Shown here one piece after another: positions 1-8,296 of a stretch of DNA of 64,000 bases. A model generated the notes under the pieces. That model was not told the DNA's origin. It did not search any database and saw nothing but the letters and a program-made list of their open reading frames with translations. The DNA comes from an uncultured Pseudomonadota bacterium (GTDB taxonomy: Bacteria; Vulcanimicrobiota; Vulcanimicrobiia; Eremiobacterales; Eremiobacteraceae): positions 453,445-517,444 of the forward strand of contig CAVTNB010000003.1 of the NCBI GenBank assembly GCA_963736005.1, given 5' to 3'. Numbering within the stretch: position 1 is the first letter of the stretch; each line of letters starts with the position of its first letter. A program made the translations under genes and the position numbers.

Positions 1-1401
1 CGCCAGCTCGTTTGGATTTTCGTAGCGATTGTGATTGCACAATCCGGCGTCTTTGCAGCGCAGACGGTATTGCCCGTTGCAACAAACATCGCCGGAAGCG
101 TTGCCGTGCAAACGGCAAACGGATCCGAAGAAGTCTCTTCAACACGCATTCTTCGTTCGGGCGAGGCAGTCATCACCGGTGTCGACTCATCGGCGATTGT
201 GAGTCTTGCTGACGTGGCAAGGGTCATGCTCGGGTCAGGGACGACCCTCACGACCTTCTCGGATGGAACGACTCTTTCGCTGCAGTTGGTAAGCGGAGAG
301 CTCTGCGTGCAATCGAGTCGACCAACGGTCACCGTTGTCGCCGGATCGCTCAGCTTGTTGCCAACCAATCCTTCAACGATATACGATCTGAGCTATGCTC
401 AAAACCGCACGGAGCTCTTAGTGTACCGGGGCAGTGTCGCGACCAAAGTCAATGGCGCAAACCCAACAACGGTCAAAGCTGGAACGGCAGCTGCGATCTT
501 AAATAGCGGAGCGCCTCGACCGGCCGACGTCAGCACAGTAAACGCAGATTTTAGCGCGCTTCATTGCCCCGATCCATCAATCGTTGCCCAAGTGCTTCCT
601 CAGGAAGCGAACGCTGGAACCACCTCGTCGGCCCACGGCGGTTCCTTCGCAGGAATTTTAGGCATCCTCGCGGGGTTGGGTGCGATTGCGGCTGCCGCTG
701 GGCACGCCGGTGGCGGCGGGTCGACCGCCACGACACCGCCGACAACAACTTCCGGGTCGCCCACGCCCGTGCCGTCTCCATCGATACTGCCTACCGAAAC
801 GCCGGCCCCGACGCCCACGCCGACGCCATCGACATCTGGGGATCTCTCACTTTCTCCGACCGACCTGAGTTTTTCAGCCCCTCTCTCACCGTCGCAGAAT
901 TTTGTCGCGCGAGACCACGACACGAGATCGTTTTCTGCGAATAGTTCTGACCTATTGGTGGCGGTCGTGGTGGAGAAAAACGTCCACAGCCACTCGGCGA
1001 CCTTCTCGGTCAGCCCAGTGGGCCCGGGTACGGCGACGATTTCCGTGAACGACGGTGCGGACCGCTCGGGCAGCGTGAGCGTCAGCGTTGGCGTTGGGCT
1101 AAGCTCGGCTGCACGCCAGCCTCAAGAGCAAGCAGCGTTCGGTCAGCTCGTCGTGCTGCCCAAGGAGCTGGTGCTCGGTGTTGGAAACCGCGCCACGTTC
1201 ATTGTCTCCGAGGCACACTACACCGGACCGTTCCGAGTGATTTCGTCGGGACCATCTGCTGCGGAAGCGGTACCGGCCCTAAACGTCGGGCCGAGTGCGA
1301 GTTTCACGATGATTGGGCGCAGCCCAGGGATTGCGTCTTTGACAATTGCCGACAATCACGGTGAGACCGCGACGCTGCAAGTTTCCGTTCGGCCACATTG
1401 A
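1..1401 (+). CDS. FecR-domain secreted protein with Pro/Thr linker and Ig-like C-terminal repeats (5' truncated by window edge)
   Basis: Frame is open from base 1. GEAVITGVDSSAIVSLADVARVMLGSGT and LLVYRGSV resemble FecR; PTPTP linker; beta-rich repeats. Confidence 0.6.
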   Translation, partial: RQLVWIFVAIVIAQSGVFAAQTVLPVATNIAGSVAVQTANGSEEVSSTRILRSGEAVITGVDSSAIVSLADVARVMLGSGTTLTTFSDGTTLSLQLVSGELCVQSSRPTVTVVAGSLSLLPTNPSTIYDLSYAQNRTELLVYRGSVATKVNGANPTTVKAGTAAAILNSGAPRPADVSTVNADFSALHCPDPSIVAQVLPQEANAGTTSSAHGGSFAGILGILAGLGAIAAAAGHAGGGGSTATTPPTTTSGSPTPVPSPSILPTETPAPTPTPTPSTSGDLSLSPTDLSFSAPLSPSQNFVARDHDTRSFSANSSDLLVAVVVEKNVHSHSATFSVSPVGPGTATISVNDGADRSGSVSVSVGVGLSSAARQPQEQAAFGQLVVLPKELVLGVGNRATFIVSEAHYTGPFRVISSGPSAAEAVPALNVGPSASFTMIGRSPGIASLTIADNHGETATLQVSVRPH

Positions 1402-1405
1402 CTTT

Positions 1406-1466
1406 GAGGGCGACTTGACAGTCGCCCGCTACATCCCGAGGGCGACTTGACAGTCGCCCGCTACAT
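1406..1466. repeat. Tandem pair of REP-like palindromes (family C, GGGCGACTTGACAGTCGCCCGCTAC)
   Basis: Two identical 29-mers at 1406-1434 and 1438-1466 between convergent genes; further copies at 48070-48094 and 57121-57146. Confidence 0.85.
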
Positions 1467-2128
1467 TACGTTGGAGTAGCGATAATAAAGACCGCAAGTG
1501 CTGCGGGGCCATGAGCGCCCAGTACGAGCGTCTTTTCGATATCTGCGGTTCTGCTTGGACCGGTGATGATCACGCCTTCGCCGCGTTCGCCCGCGCGCGC
1601 CGCCTCATTGATGCATGCGAGTGCGACGTTCGAGAGCGATGCGTGAAGGCGCGCCATCTCGCTCACAACAACGCACGTTGGCGGGAGATAGGGCAGCAGG
1701 CGATCCTCGTAGCTCGTCGCCACCGTTAGGACTGAACCCGTATCGGCCAGCAGCGCAAGGCCATCGATGAGACAACACCCTACTCGCTCTAACTCGGCCG
1801 CAGACCGCCCCTTCGCGGGTGCCACGTCGAAGCCGCGCAGCGCCAAACCTATCTCCAGCGCAAGAGGGGATGACTGCACCGCCATGCTGTTGATGCCGCG
1901 GGCGCGCACGTAGGTCTCGATTGCGCTCGCGCATGCAAGCTTGTCGCGAATGATAGTCGCTGTTCCCGCCAGCGCGCGTAACTCCGAGCAGAACATCTCT
2001 TCTAGAGAAGCGCTTGATGTGTCTGGTGCGATTAATGCGAATGCCGTGGGCGGCGCGCCGCGCGACGCATCGGCGCCCAGCGCATGCCGGATTGACTGAA
2101 GAACCTGCGCGCGAGCATCAGAGGTCAT
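1466..2128 (-). CDS. lutC: LUD-domain lactate utilization protein C
   Basis: ITGPSRTADIEKTLVLGAHGP motif; last gene of lut operon; start MTSDARAQ at 2128. Confidence 0.85.
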   Translation of the reverse strand: MTSDARAQVLQSIRHALGADASRGAPPTAFALIAPDTSSASLEEMFCSELRALAGTATIIRDKLACASAIETYVRARGINSMAVQSSPLALEIGLALRGFDVAPAKGRSAAELERVGCCLIDGLALLADTGSVLTVATSYEDRLLPYLPPTCVVVSEMARLHASLSNVALACINEAARAGERGEGVIITGPSRTADIEKTLVLGAHGPAALAVFIIATPT

Positions 2129-3494
2129 GTTCTTCTGCCCACCACTCCTTGAAGCTCTGATCGGGAACCGGCGGGAGCGCCCGTTGCTTCGCCCAAGCGC
2201 CAAGCAGGCCGGGGTACCAACCGATGGTCCTCCCCAACCGAGCCGCGCGACGCAGCCAGCGAATTCCGCGACGATATGCGGGCAAGCTCTGCATCGCTTT
2301 GGCCCAGAAGCGAATTGCTCGAGTGGTGCTCGGGTTGCCCGCGCGCGTTTCCTCAACGACCTTGTGACGCAGGTAGACCAATTGGTGCGCCAGATCGATC
2401 GCCACAGGACATGCATCCTGACATGCGCCGCACAACGACGATGCGAACGGGAGCTCTGATGCTTGTTCGGTTCCAACCAATGCCGGCGTGGTCGTGGCGC
2501 CAATTGGCCCGCTGTACGCCCCGCCATACGCCCAACCACCTGCGCGCCGGTAGACCGGACACACGTTAAGGCACGCGCCACAGCGAATGCAATACAGAGA
2601 CTCGCGTGTTCTTGGGTCGGCCAAGAGCGTCGTGCGATTTGCGTCTACCAGGATGCAGTACGTTATCTTGCCAGGCTCGGCGCCGAGAAAGTAGTGCGTG
2701 TAGGTGGTGAGTTTTTGACCGGTGCCCGCACGCGCCAGCAGTCGGAGGAACACTTGCAGATCGTCGAGGCGCGGAATGACCTTCTCGATCCCCATGAGTG
2801 CGATGTGAACCGAAGGTACCGATGATGACAGCCCACCATTGCCTTCATTTTCAACAACCACGATCGTGCCGGTCTCTGCAATCGCGAAGTTAACGCCGGT
2901 GATCCCCACCGCTGCCGTCAGGTAACGTCGCCGCAAGCGTTCGCGCGCAGCGCACATCAGGACTTCAGGGTCGTCACTGTACGGAATGCCTAGCTTGCGT
3001 TCGAAGAGCACGCCAATCTCTTGGCGCGAGAGATGCAATGCCGGACCGATGATATGCGAGGGACGCTGCCCAGCCAACTGCACGATAAACTCGCCCAGAT
3101 CGGTTTCGACAGGATCGATGGTCGCAGCGATTAGATGCTCGTTGAGGTCCATCTCCTCCGACAGCATCGACTTGCCTTTGACCACCGACATTGCGCCATG
3201 CCGGTGGCAGATATCGATCACGTGCGCGACGGCATCGGCCACCGTGGGAGCCCATAGCACGGTTCCACCTCGGGCGGTGAACTGCGCTTCAAATTGCTCG
3301 AGCAACTGATCGAGGTGTGCGATGGAGTATGCTTTGATGGCATGCGCGGCGCTGCGCAGAGCTTGCCATGGAACCTGCCTTCTCGCGGCGTCGGACGTTT
3401 CGGTCGTGCGCTCGAGCGTGGCCAGCAGTGCGGATGATGTGGTAGGATGGGCAAACCCGCGCGCAACCGCTTTGCGATCGAAAGGTTTAGCCAT
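2118..3494 (-). CDS. lutB: Lactate utilization Fe-S protein B
   Basis: VKGKSMLSEE, ETDLGEFIVQL, CIRCGACLNVCPVY, SLCGACQDACPV; start MAKPF at 3494. Confidence 0.9.
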   Translation of the reverse strand: MAKPFDRKAVARGFAHPTTSSALLATLERTTETSDAARRQVPWQALRSAAHAIKAYSIAHLDQLLEQFEAQFTARGGTVLWAPTVADAVAHVIDICHRHGAMSVVKGKSMLSEEMDLNEHLIAATIDPVETDLGEFIVQLAGQRPSHIIGPALHLSRQEIGVLFERKLGIPYSDDPEVLMCAARERLRRRYLTAAVGITGVNFAIAETGTIVVVENEGNGGLSSSVPSVHIALMGIEKVIPRLDDLQVFLRLLARAGTGQKLTTYTHYFLGAEPGKITYCILVDANRTTLLADPRTRESLYCIRCGACLNVCPVYRRAGGWAYGGAYSGPIGATTTPALVGTEQASELPFASSLCGACQDACPVAIDLAHQLVYLRHKVVEETRAGNPSTTRAIRFWAKAMQSLPAYRRGIRWLRRAARLGRTIGWYPGLLGAWAKQRALPPVPDQSFKEWWAEEHDL

Positions 3495-4242
3495 CGCTGG
3501 CCAGGATTTCAGCCAAGTGCATGAACCGCAGCATGGTGTGCGGCTGTGTTTTTCGGACAAGACCTTCGACGTGCATGAGACAGCTTGCATCGCCCGAGGT
3601 CACAACCGTAGCCCCGGTGTGCGCGATGTGCTCGCACTTCGCTTGGCCCATGGAAACCGAAAGCTCAGGATACTTCACGGCGAAAAGGCCACCGAATCCG
3701 CAACACTCATCCATCCGTGGCAGCTCGACATACTCGAGTCCGCGAACCGCCCGCAAGAGCGTCAGCGCCGCATTCGTAGCGTGCAACTCTCGACGCGCGT
3801 GACATCCATCGTGGTAGGTTACCGTGCCAGCAAAGCTCGCGCCTACATCGTCAAACCCAAGCTTTTCCACGAGAAAGGTCGCGAGGTCGTACACGCGCGC
3901 GCCAACCTGCGTCGCCTCCACTTCGCCCTCGAGCGCGGCGTAGAAAACTCGCGCCATCGCGCCGCACGAGCCCGAGGGAACCACGATCCAAGGAAAGCTT
4001 GAGAACACGTCCGCAAAGCGACGAGCCAATGCCCGCGTCTCGGACCACAGCCCGGCGTTGAACGCGGGTTGTCCGCAGCACGTTTGCTCCATCGGATATT
4101 CCAGCGGCACGCCGAGTCGCTCGAAGAGCTTAACGACGGATCTGCCTACCTGTGGAAAGAGCGCGTCGCAGTAGCAGGGCAGAAACAGTGCAACGCGCTC
4201 TCCTTGACGATACCGAACAGAAGGCGCCGATGTTTCAATCAT
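3487..4242 (-). CDS. lutA: Lactate utilization CCG-domain protein A
   Basis: QTCCGQPAFNAG, YHDGCH, ECCGFGGLFAVK, DASCLMH. Confidence 0.9.
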   Translation of the reverse strand: MIETSAPSVRYRQGERVALFLPCYCDALFPQVGRSVVKLFERLGVPLEYPMEQTCCGQPAFNAGLWSETRALARRFADVFSSFPWIVVPSGSCGAMARVFYAALEGEVEATQVGARVYDLATFLVEKLGFDDVGASFAGTVTYHDGCHARRELHATNAALTLLRAVRGLEYVELPRMDECCGFGGLFAVKYPELSVSMGQAKCEHIAHTGATVVTSGDASCLMHVEGLVRKTQPHTMLRFMHLAEILASDG

Positions 4243-4275
4243 CGCCGCCTTGTGTTCAACGTGCCCGCGACGCCA

Positions 4276-6663
4276 TCATTGCCCGAACTTCAAACCGACG
4301 TCGAAGAGCCGAGGTGGCGCATAGTGGTTGCCCTGCGCGTTGAGGATCGTCACATAGTAGCGATCGTTAAAGAGGTTTTGAATCCGAAACGTAAGGGCGG
4401 TCCGCGGTCCGACGCTCACGCCCTTCTCAACCGAGAAGATTGTGTGCGGTGTCTTCTTACAAAAGCCAGGAGTTCCGGCCGGACAAATGGCCGACGAGAG
4501 ACCGCTGCCATACTCCGCGTCCGCTGAAAACCACCCATTCTGATTGTCGTTCATGAGCATGCCGGCGGTGACGCTGTAGCTTTGATCGTGATCCGCGGGT
4601 GTGAACCCCGTGGGCGATCCGAAGCAGGGTGCAAGCAGCTGCGTTTCGCATCCCGAGTTCAACGACAGCGTGTGGGCGACGTTGACGTACGCCCGTCCGT
4701 TGCGAATGAGCGGCGCTTGGTAGGTTAGTGCTTCCTGCGAAAGCCGGCCAAGCGTGTAGTTGATGTCCTGATGGAGCAGCGTCACGCCAACTTGCGTGTC
4801 ATCGATGAGATCGTTGGCATTCTTCTGCCAAACGCGAAAGCCCAGGGTTCCATTACCCAACGGGAGATGGCCTCCAAGTTCGAGTTGCGTATCGCGCTCT
4901 GGTTTGAGATCGAATTGCGCGAGCGTCGACTGCAGCGGCAAGTTCAACAATTGCGCGGCTCGCGGATCGACGTTTTCAAGGGAGAATGGTTCGAAGAAGC
5001 GCCCTAGATACACATAGACACTCGCCCGAGGTCCGAAATTTCTCGCGAGCTTGATGCGCGGACTCACCGCGCCGAATCCACGGGCAAAATCTGTCGACTT
5101 GATGTTGAACAGATCCCAGCGCATTCCGTAGTCGAGTGTGTAGGCGTTCCCCATGGTCCAGCTATCCTCAACGTACGTGCTGTAGATGTTGCCCACGTTG
5201 GGATTGTTGTCCACCACCGTAAAGGGTGCATGCGGCATTCCTTTCGTAAAAATCGGCGCCAAGAAGTTGTTCGGTTGCAGCGTCACCTGATAGTCTTTGA
5301 TGACGCGGGTCCCATCGTAGGAGATGCCAGCGCGCAGTTCGTGCTTCTCGTATTGTTTTGAGTAATCGCTTTGAAAGATGTAATCCAGCGCCGTCTTGTC
5401 GTCGAAGAGCGAGAAGGCGCACGTGGTGGGAGAAAAGACTCCGGTTTGCACAGCCTTGGCGCAATCGGTGGAGCTTCCACCGTTGCCGAAAGGCGGTGGA
5501 GTTTGGTTGATAGCCTCTCCAAAGGCCCAGTCGTTGACCGGATCGCCGTAGTCCACAACACGCGAAACCTTAAATGCCGGTCCAAAACTGAGCGCGCCTG
5601 CATTGCCCAGAGCCTGGCGGAATTGAACATTGACGAAGGTGTCGAGTTGCTTCTCGCTGTCATCCGTGTTCCCAGGCTCTCCAAAGCTGGTAGCATTGGG
5701 TATTTGGTTTGTTTGGAAACTGTTGATGATCGAGACGTCGGTGAAGTTGTTATTGCCGCGCGGCAGCGTCAAGCGCACGAACTCATTCGCGTCGCTTGCG
5801 TTGTTGTGCGGCGAACCCAGGTCGGGCGGGTCTAAGCCGCGAGTGGACTGGTCGAGATGCAGAGCTGCAGCGAGCCCCCCACCACCACTAAGCGGTGAGT
5901 GGAACCCCAGCGTCTCGTCGAGGTTCGTGTACGAACCAACGTGCATTTCACCATCAACGCCCGCTGGTCCGGATTGGGCGCGGGTTGAGATGTTGAGTAC
6001 CGACCCGAATTTGAGTCCATACTGCGCCGGGTACGCACCCTCCATGGCATCGACGAACGATACATCGTTGGGATCGATCTCACTGCCGATCTCTCGATTG
6101 AGCGCCTGAGGCACCGCAACGCCGTCAACGACGTAGTTGATGACTCCGTGGTCGCCGTTGAGGTGCACAACGCCGTTGGCCCCGCGCACCGCGCCGGGCA
6201 GCTGGATGAGTGCTTCGGGGAAGTTGCCGTTGTATGGCAAGCGCGTCAATACCGTCTTGTTGAGAACCGTATCGGAGCCGCTGCCGCGGCTGACTCCGGA
6301 GGTCACAACGCTCACGCGTCCGAGTTCGGATATTTGAGCAAGCACGAGCATGACCGTTGCGCCGCCGTTGCTCAGATCCACCCGGACCTGAGCTTGCATG
6401 CCACTTGCTGTCGCGGTCACGATATACGTGCCAAGACCGAGACCCGGGAATGTAAAGTGCCCCTGCGGGTCCGTGATGACTTTGGCCGTGAAATTATTGC
6501 CAGCCACCGTGACCGCAGCCCCTGGAACGGACTTGCCGTCTGACGTGACCGTACCGGACAAGAAAGCGCTCCCACCGGCCGCTAGCACCGCGCTTTTTTC
6601 CAAATAGGTGCAAGCGCACCACATTATTGTGAGAACGAGAAAAAACCGAGAAAACTTCTCCAC
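4276..6663 (-). CDS. TonB-dependent receptor with N-terminal carboxypeptidase-regulatory-like domain
   Basis: Signal peptide, SGTVTSDGKSVPGAAVTV, plug motif GAYPAQYG, SPRI and LKPERD, C-terminal NLFNDRYY...PRLFDVGLKF. Confidence 0.85.
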   Translation of the reverse strand: MEKFSRFFLVLTIMWCACTYLEKSAVLAAGGSAFLSGTVTSDGKSVPGAAVTVAGNNFTAKVITDPQGHFTFPGLGLGTYIVTATASGMQAQVRVDLSNGGATVMLVLAQISELGRVSVVTSGVSRGSGSDTVLNKTVLTRLPYNGNFPEALIQLPGAVRGANGVVHLNGDHGVINYVVDGVAVPQALNREIGSEIDPNDVSFVDAMEGAYPAQYGLKFGSVLNISTRAQSGPAGVDGEMHVGSYTNLDETLGFHSPLSGGGGLAAALHLDQSTRGLDPPDLGSPHNNASDANEFVRLTLPRGNNNFTDVSIINSFQTNQIPNATSFGEPGNTDDSEKQLDTFVNVQFRQALGNAGALSFGPAFKVSRVVDYGDPVNDWAFGEAINQTPPPFGNGGSSTDCAKAVQTGVFSPTTCAFSLFDDKTALDYIFQSDYSKQYEKHELRAGISYDGTRVIKDYQVTLQPNNFLAPIFTKGMPHAPFTVVDNNPNVGNIYSTYVEDSWTMGNAYTLDYGMRWDLFNIKSTDFARGFGAVSPRIKLARNFGPRASVYVYLGRFFEPFSLENVDPRAAQLLNLPLQSTLAQFDLKPERDTQLELGGHLPLGNGTLGFRVWQKNANDLIDDTQVGVTLLHQDINYTLGRLSQEALTYQAPLIRNGRAYVNVAHTLSLNSGCETQLLAPCFGSPTGFTPADHDQSYSVTAGMLMNDNQNGWFSADAEYGSGLSSAICPAGTPGFCKKTPHTIFSVEKGVSVGPRTALTFRIQNLFNDRYYVTILNAQGNHYAPPRLFDVGLKFGQ

Positions 6664-6757
6664 GATGACTCCAACTCCTCATGAATATCTTCAAACGACG
6701 GCTGTCACAGCCGGCGTATGCCGACCGTAAGACGCGCGCTTTTAGGGCGCTAGGGGA

Positions 6758-7420
6758 TTACGCGAGGAGCGGAGGTGGACGGTTGGCGAGTTGCGGTGAC
6801 CAAAAGATGCTGCGTGGCGACCACGCGAAGTTCAAGCATGGCCGGAACACATGGGACGTCTCGCCAGCAGCTGGAAGCAGCATCGCCGCCAAGCGTGCTG
6901 CAACTCTTGGCAGTCGTGCGGCAATGAGCCGTCCAACAATGGCGAGCAACAGTGCCGTGACAAGGGCACCAACGACGCCTGCGATCACGTCATGACCGCA
7001 AAAGAAGCAACCCTCGCCGATCGCGCTGCCGACGCCGGCCGCAAATTGCAGGGTCGCCGCGAGCAAATAGAATTGCCAGCCGCCGCCCAGAGGCAGCGTG
7101 GCCATCTCATTTGAGAGCAGACGTTTAAAATCTCGGATACCACTGGCCCGCTGTGTCAGTCCGCGAAATTCACAGACGACGACCGTTGCGCTCGCAAGCG
7201 CGATCAGGGCAAGATAGGCGTGACGTGGGGAGAGCACAATGTGCGCGTCAGCATCTGCGCCCATCCCAAAAAACTCGGATGCCAAATGGGTGAGCACGGC
7301 ACCTACAACGATGCCCGCTGGAACGGTCCAACGCAAGCTCGATGCCTGAGCCCAATGTTGAGAGGTCACAGAAAACAATTTCCCCACTGATAAGTATCGG
7401 CTTGCCCAAAGCTGCGGCAT
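6758..7420 (-). CDS. Membrane protein with CxxC and C-terminal LANRPPP motif; putative regulatory leader of the downstream receptor
   Basis: About 4 hydrophobic segments, CFFCGHD, ends LANRPPPLLA. Start uncertain (ATG 7420 or GTG near 7369); the ORF-track extension to 7651 crosses the operator and is unlikely. Confidence 0.7.
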   Translation of the reverse strand: MPQLWASRYLSVGKLFSVTSQHWAQASSLRWTVPAGIVVGAVLTHLASEFFGMGADADAHIVLSPRHAYLALIALASATVVVCEFRGLTQRASGIRDFKRLLSNEMATLPLGGGWQFYLLAATLQFAAGVGSAIGEGCFFCGHDVIAGVVGALVTALLLAIVGRLIAARLPRVAARLAAMLLPAAGETSHVFRPCLNFAWSPRSIFWSPQLANRPPPLLA

Positions 7421-7438
7421 ATGCTGGTCATCACACTT

Positions 7439-7463
7439 GTTATCGAGAATCATTCTCGATAAC
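7439..7463. promoter_or_regulatory. Perfect palindromic operator GTTATCGAGAAT-C-ATTCTCGATAAC (Fur/Zur-type box)
   Basis: 12-1-12 inverted repeat between divergent genes; identical 23-bp core at 18543-18565. Confidence 0.85.
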
Positions 7464-7553
7464 CACAGCGGCTGACCTTCGCCTAGCATCATGAAAATGC
7501 CCTGAATCCCTTGCAATGGATGACTGACGAAATGCCGAACACTCATACAGAAT

Positions 7554-8231
7554 ATGCCAAACCGAGACCGCTTCGCCTGGCTCCTTATTACCGCGACTGC
7601 CCTTGCCGCCATGGTCGTCGGCCATGCACTAGAGCTGTGGCTTGAGAACATACATGCCTTTGGCGAGCGTCCTGCTCAGTATAACCACGTTGCCCAAAGC
7701 TTCGTCGTGGAAATGGCTGCGCTTGCGTTTCTCGTTGCAGGGGTCGCTCTTGTCAGCCGCCTGGTCGCTTTGGCGGCACGATCAGTTCCGCGCGGCGACT
7801 CCTTGTTGCCCGCGTTGCACGCGATTGCCCAAAACGGGGTGGGTCGAGTCATCTTGCGCCTCGTCACCGTACAGCTACTCGCGCTGCTGCTGACGGAGTT
7901 TTGCGAACAGCGGCTCTCTGGATTCCAGGGCAATGCGCTCCTGTCGATCGTCGGACCAGGTCACGCGACAGCGCTCGCTGTCCATCTGCTTTTGGGTTCG
8001 CTGGCTGCATTTTTGCTCTTTCGTTTTGCGCGCTTCGCGTCTGCGCGGACACGCTCACTCGTCCATGCCGTCGTTGCTTTCCTGCGCTGGGTTGCGCTGC
8101 AGCCCAACGGCACCGCGCAACTTCCGCATGGTCCCTCGAGCGTTCCCACATTTTTTGCCCGCAAGCTTTGCCTGATCTCTCTCGGACTTGCTAATAGACC
8201 ACCTCCGATAACCTCCGCACTTTTCGCCTAG
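7554..8231 (+). CDS. Membrane protein with His residues in or near TM segments and C-terminal LANRPPP motif; putative regulatory leader
   Basis: About 4 TM-like segments (GHALE, YNHVA, GPGHATALAVH); ends LANRPPPITSALFA 65 nt before the receptor ATG. Confidence 0.75.
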   Translation: MPNRDRFAWLLITATALAAMVVGHALELWLENIHAFGERPAQYNHVAQSFVVEMAALAFLVAGVALVSRLVALAARSVPRGDSLLPALHAIAQNGVGRVILRLVTVQLLALLLTEFCEQRLSGFQGNALLSIVGPGHATALAVHLLLGSLAAFLLFRFARFASARTRSLVHAVVAFLRWVALQPNGTAQLPHGPSSVPTFFARKLCLISLGLANRPPPITSALFA

Positions 8232-8296
8232 GCACAAAGCCGTCGTGGCTTTGGCATAGCCTAGGCTCCTTGCTATGCTTTTTGCGGAGGTCTTCC

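Noticed and set aside
1406..1466. Possible mini-CRISPR (29-bp direct repeats)
   Set aside because: Only a 3-nt spacer, two copies, dispersed copies elsewhere and no cas genes; these are REPs.
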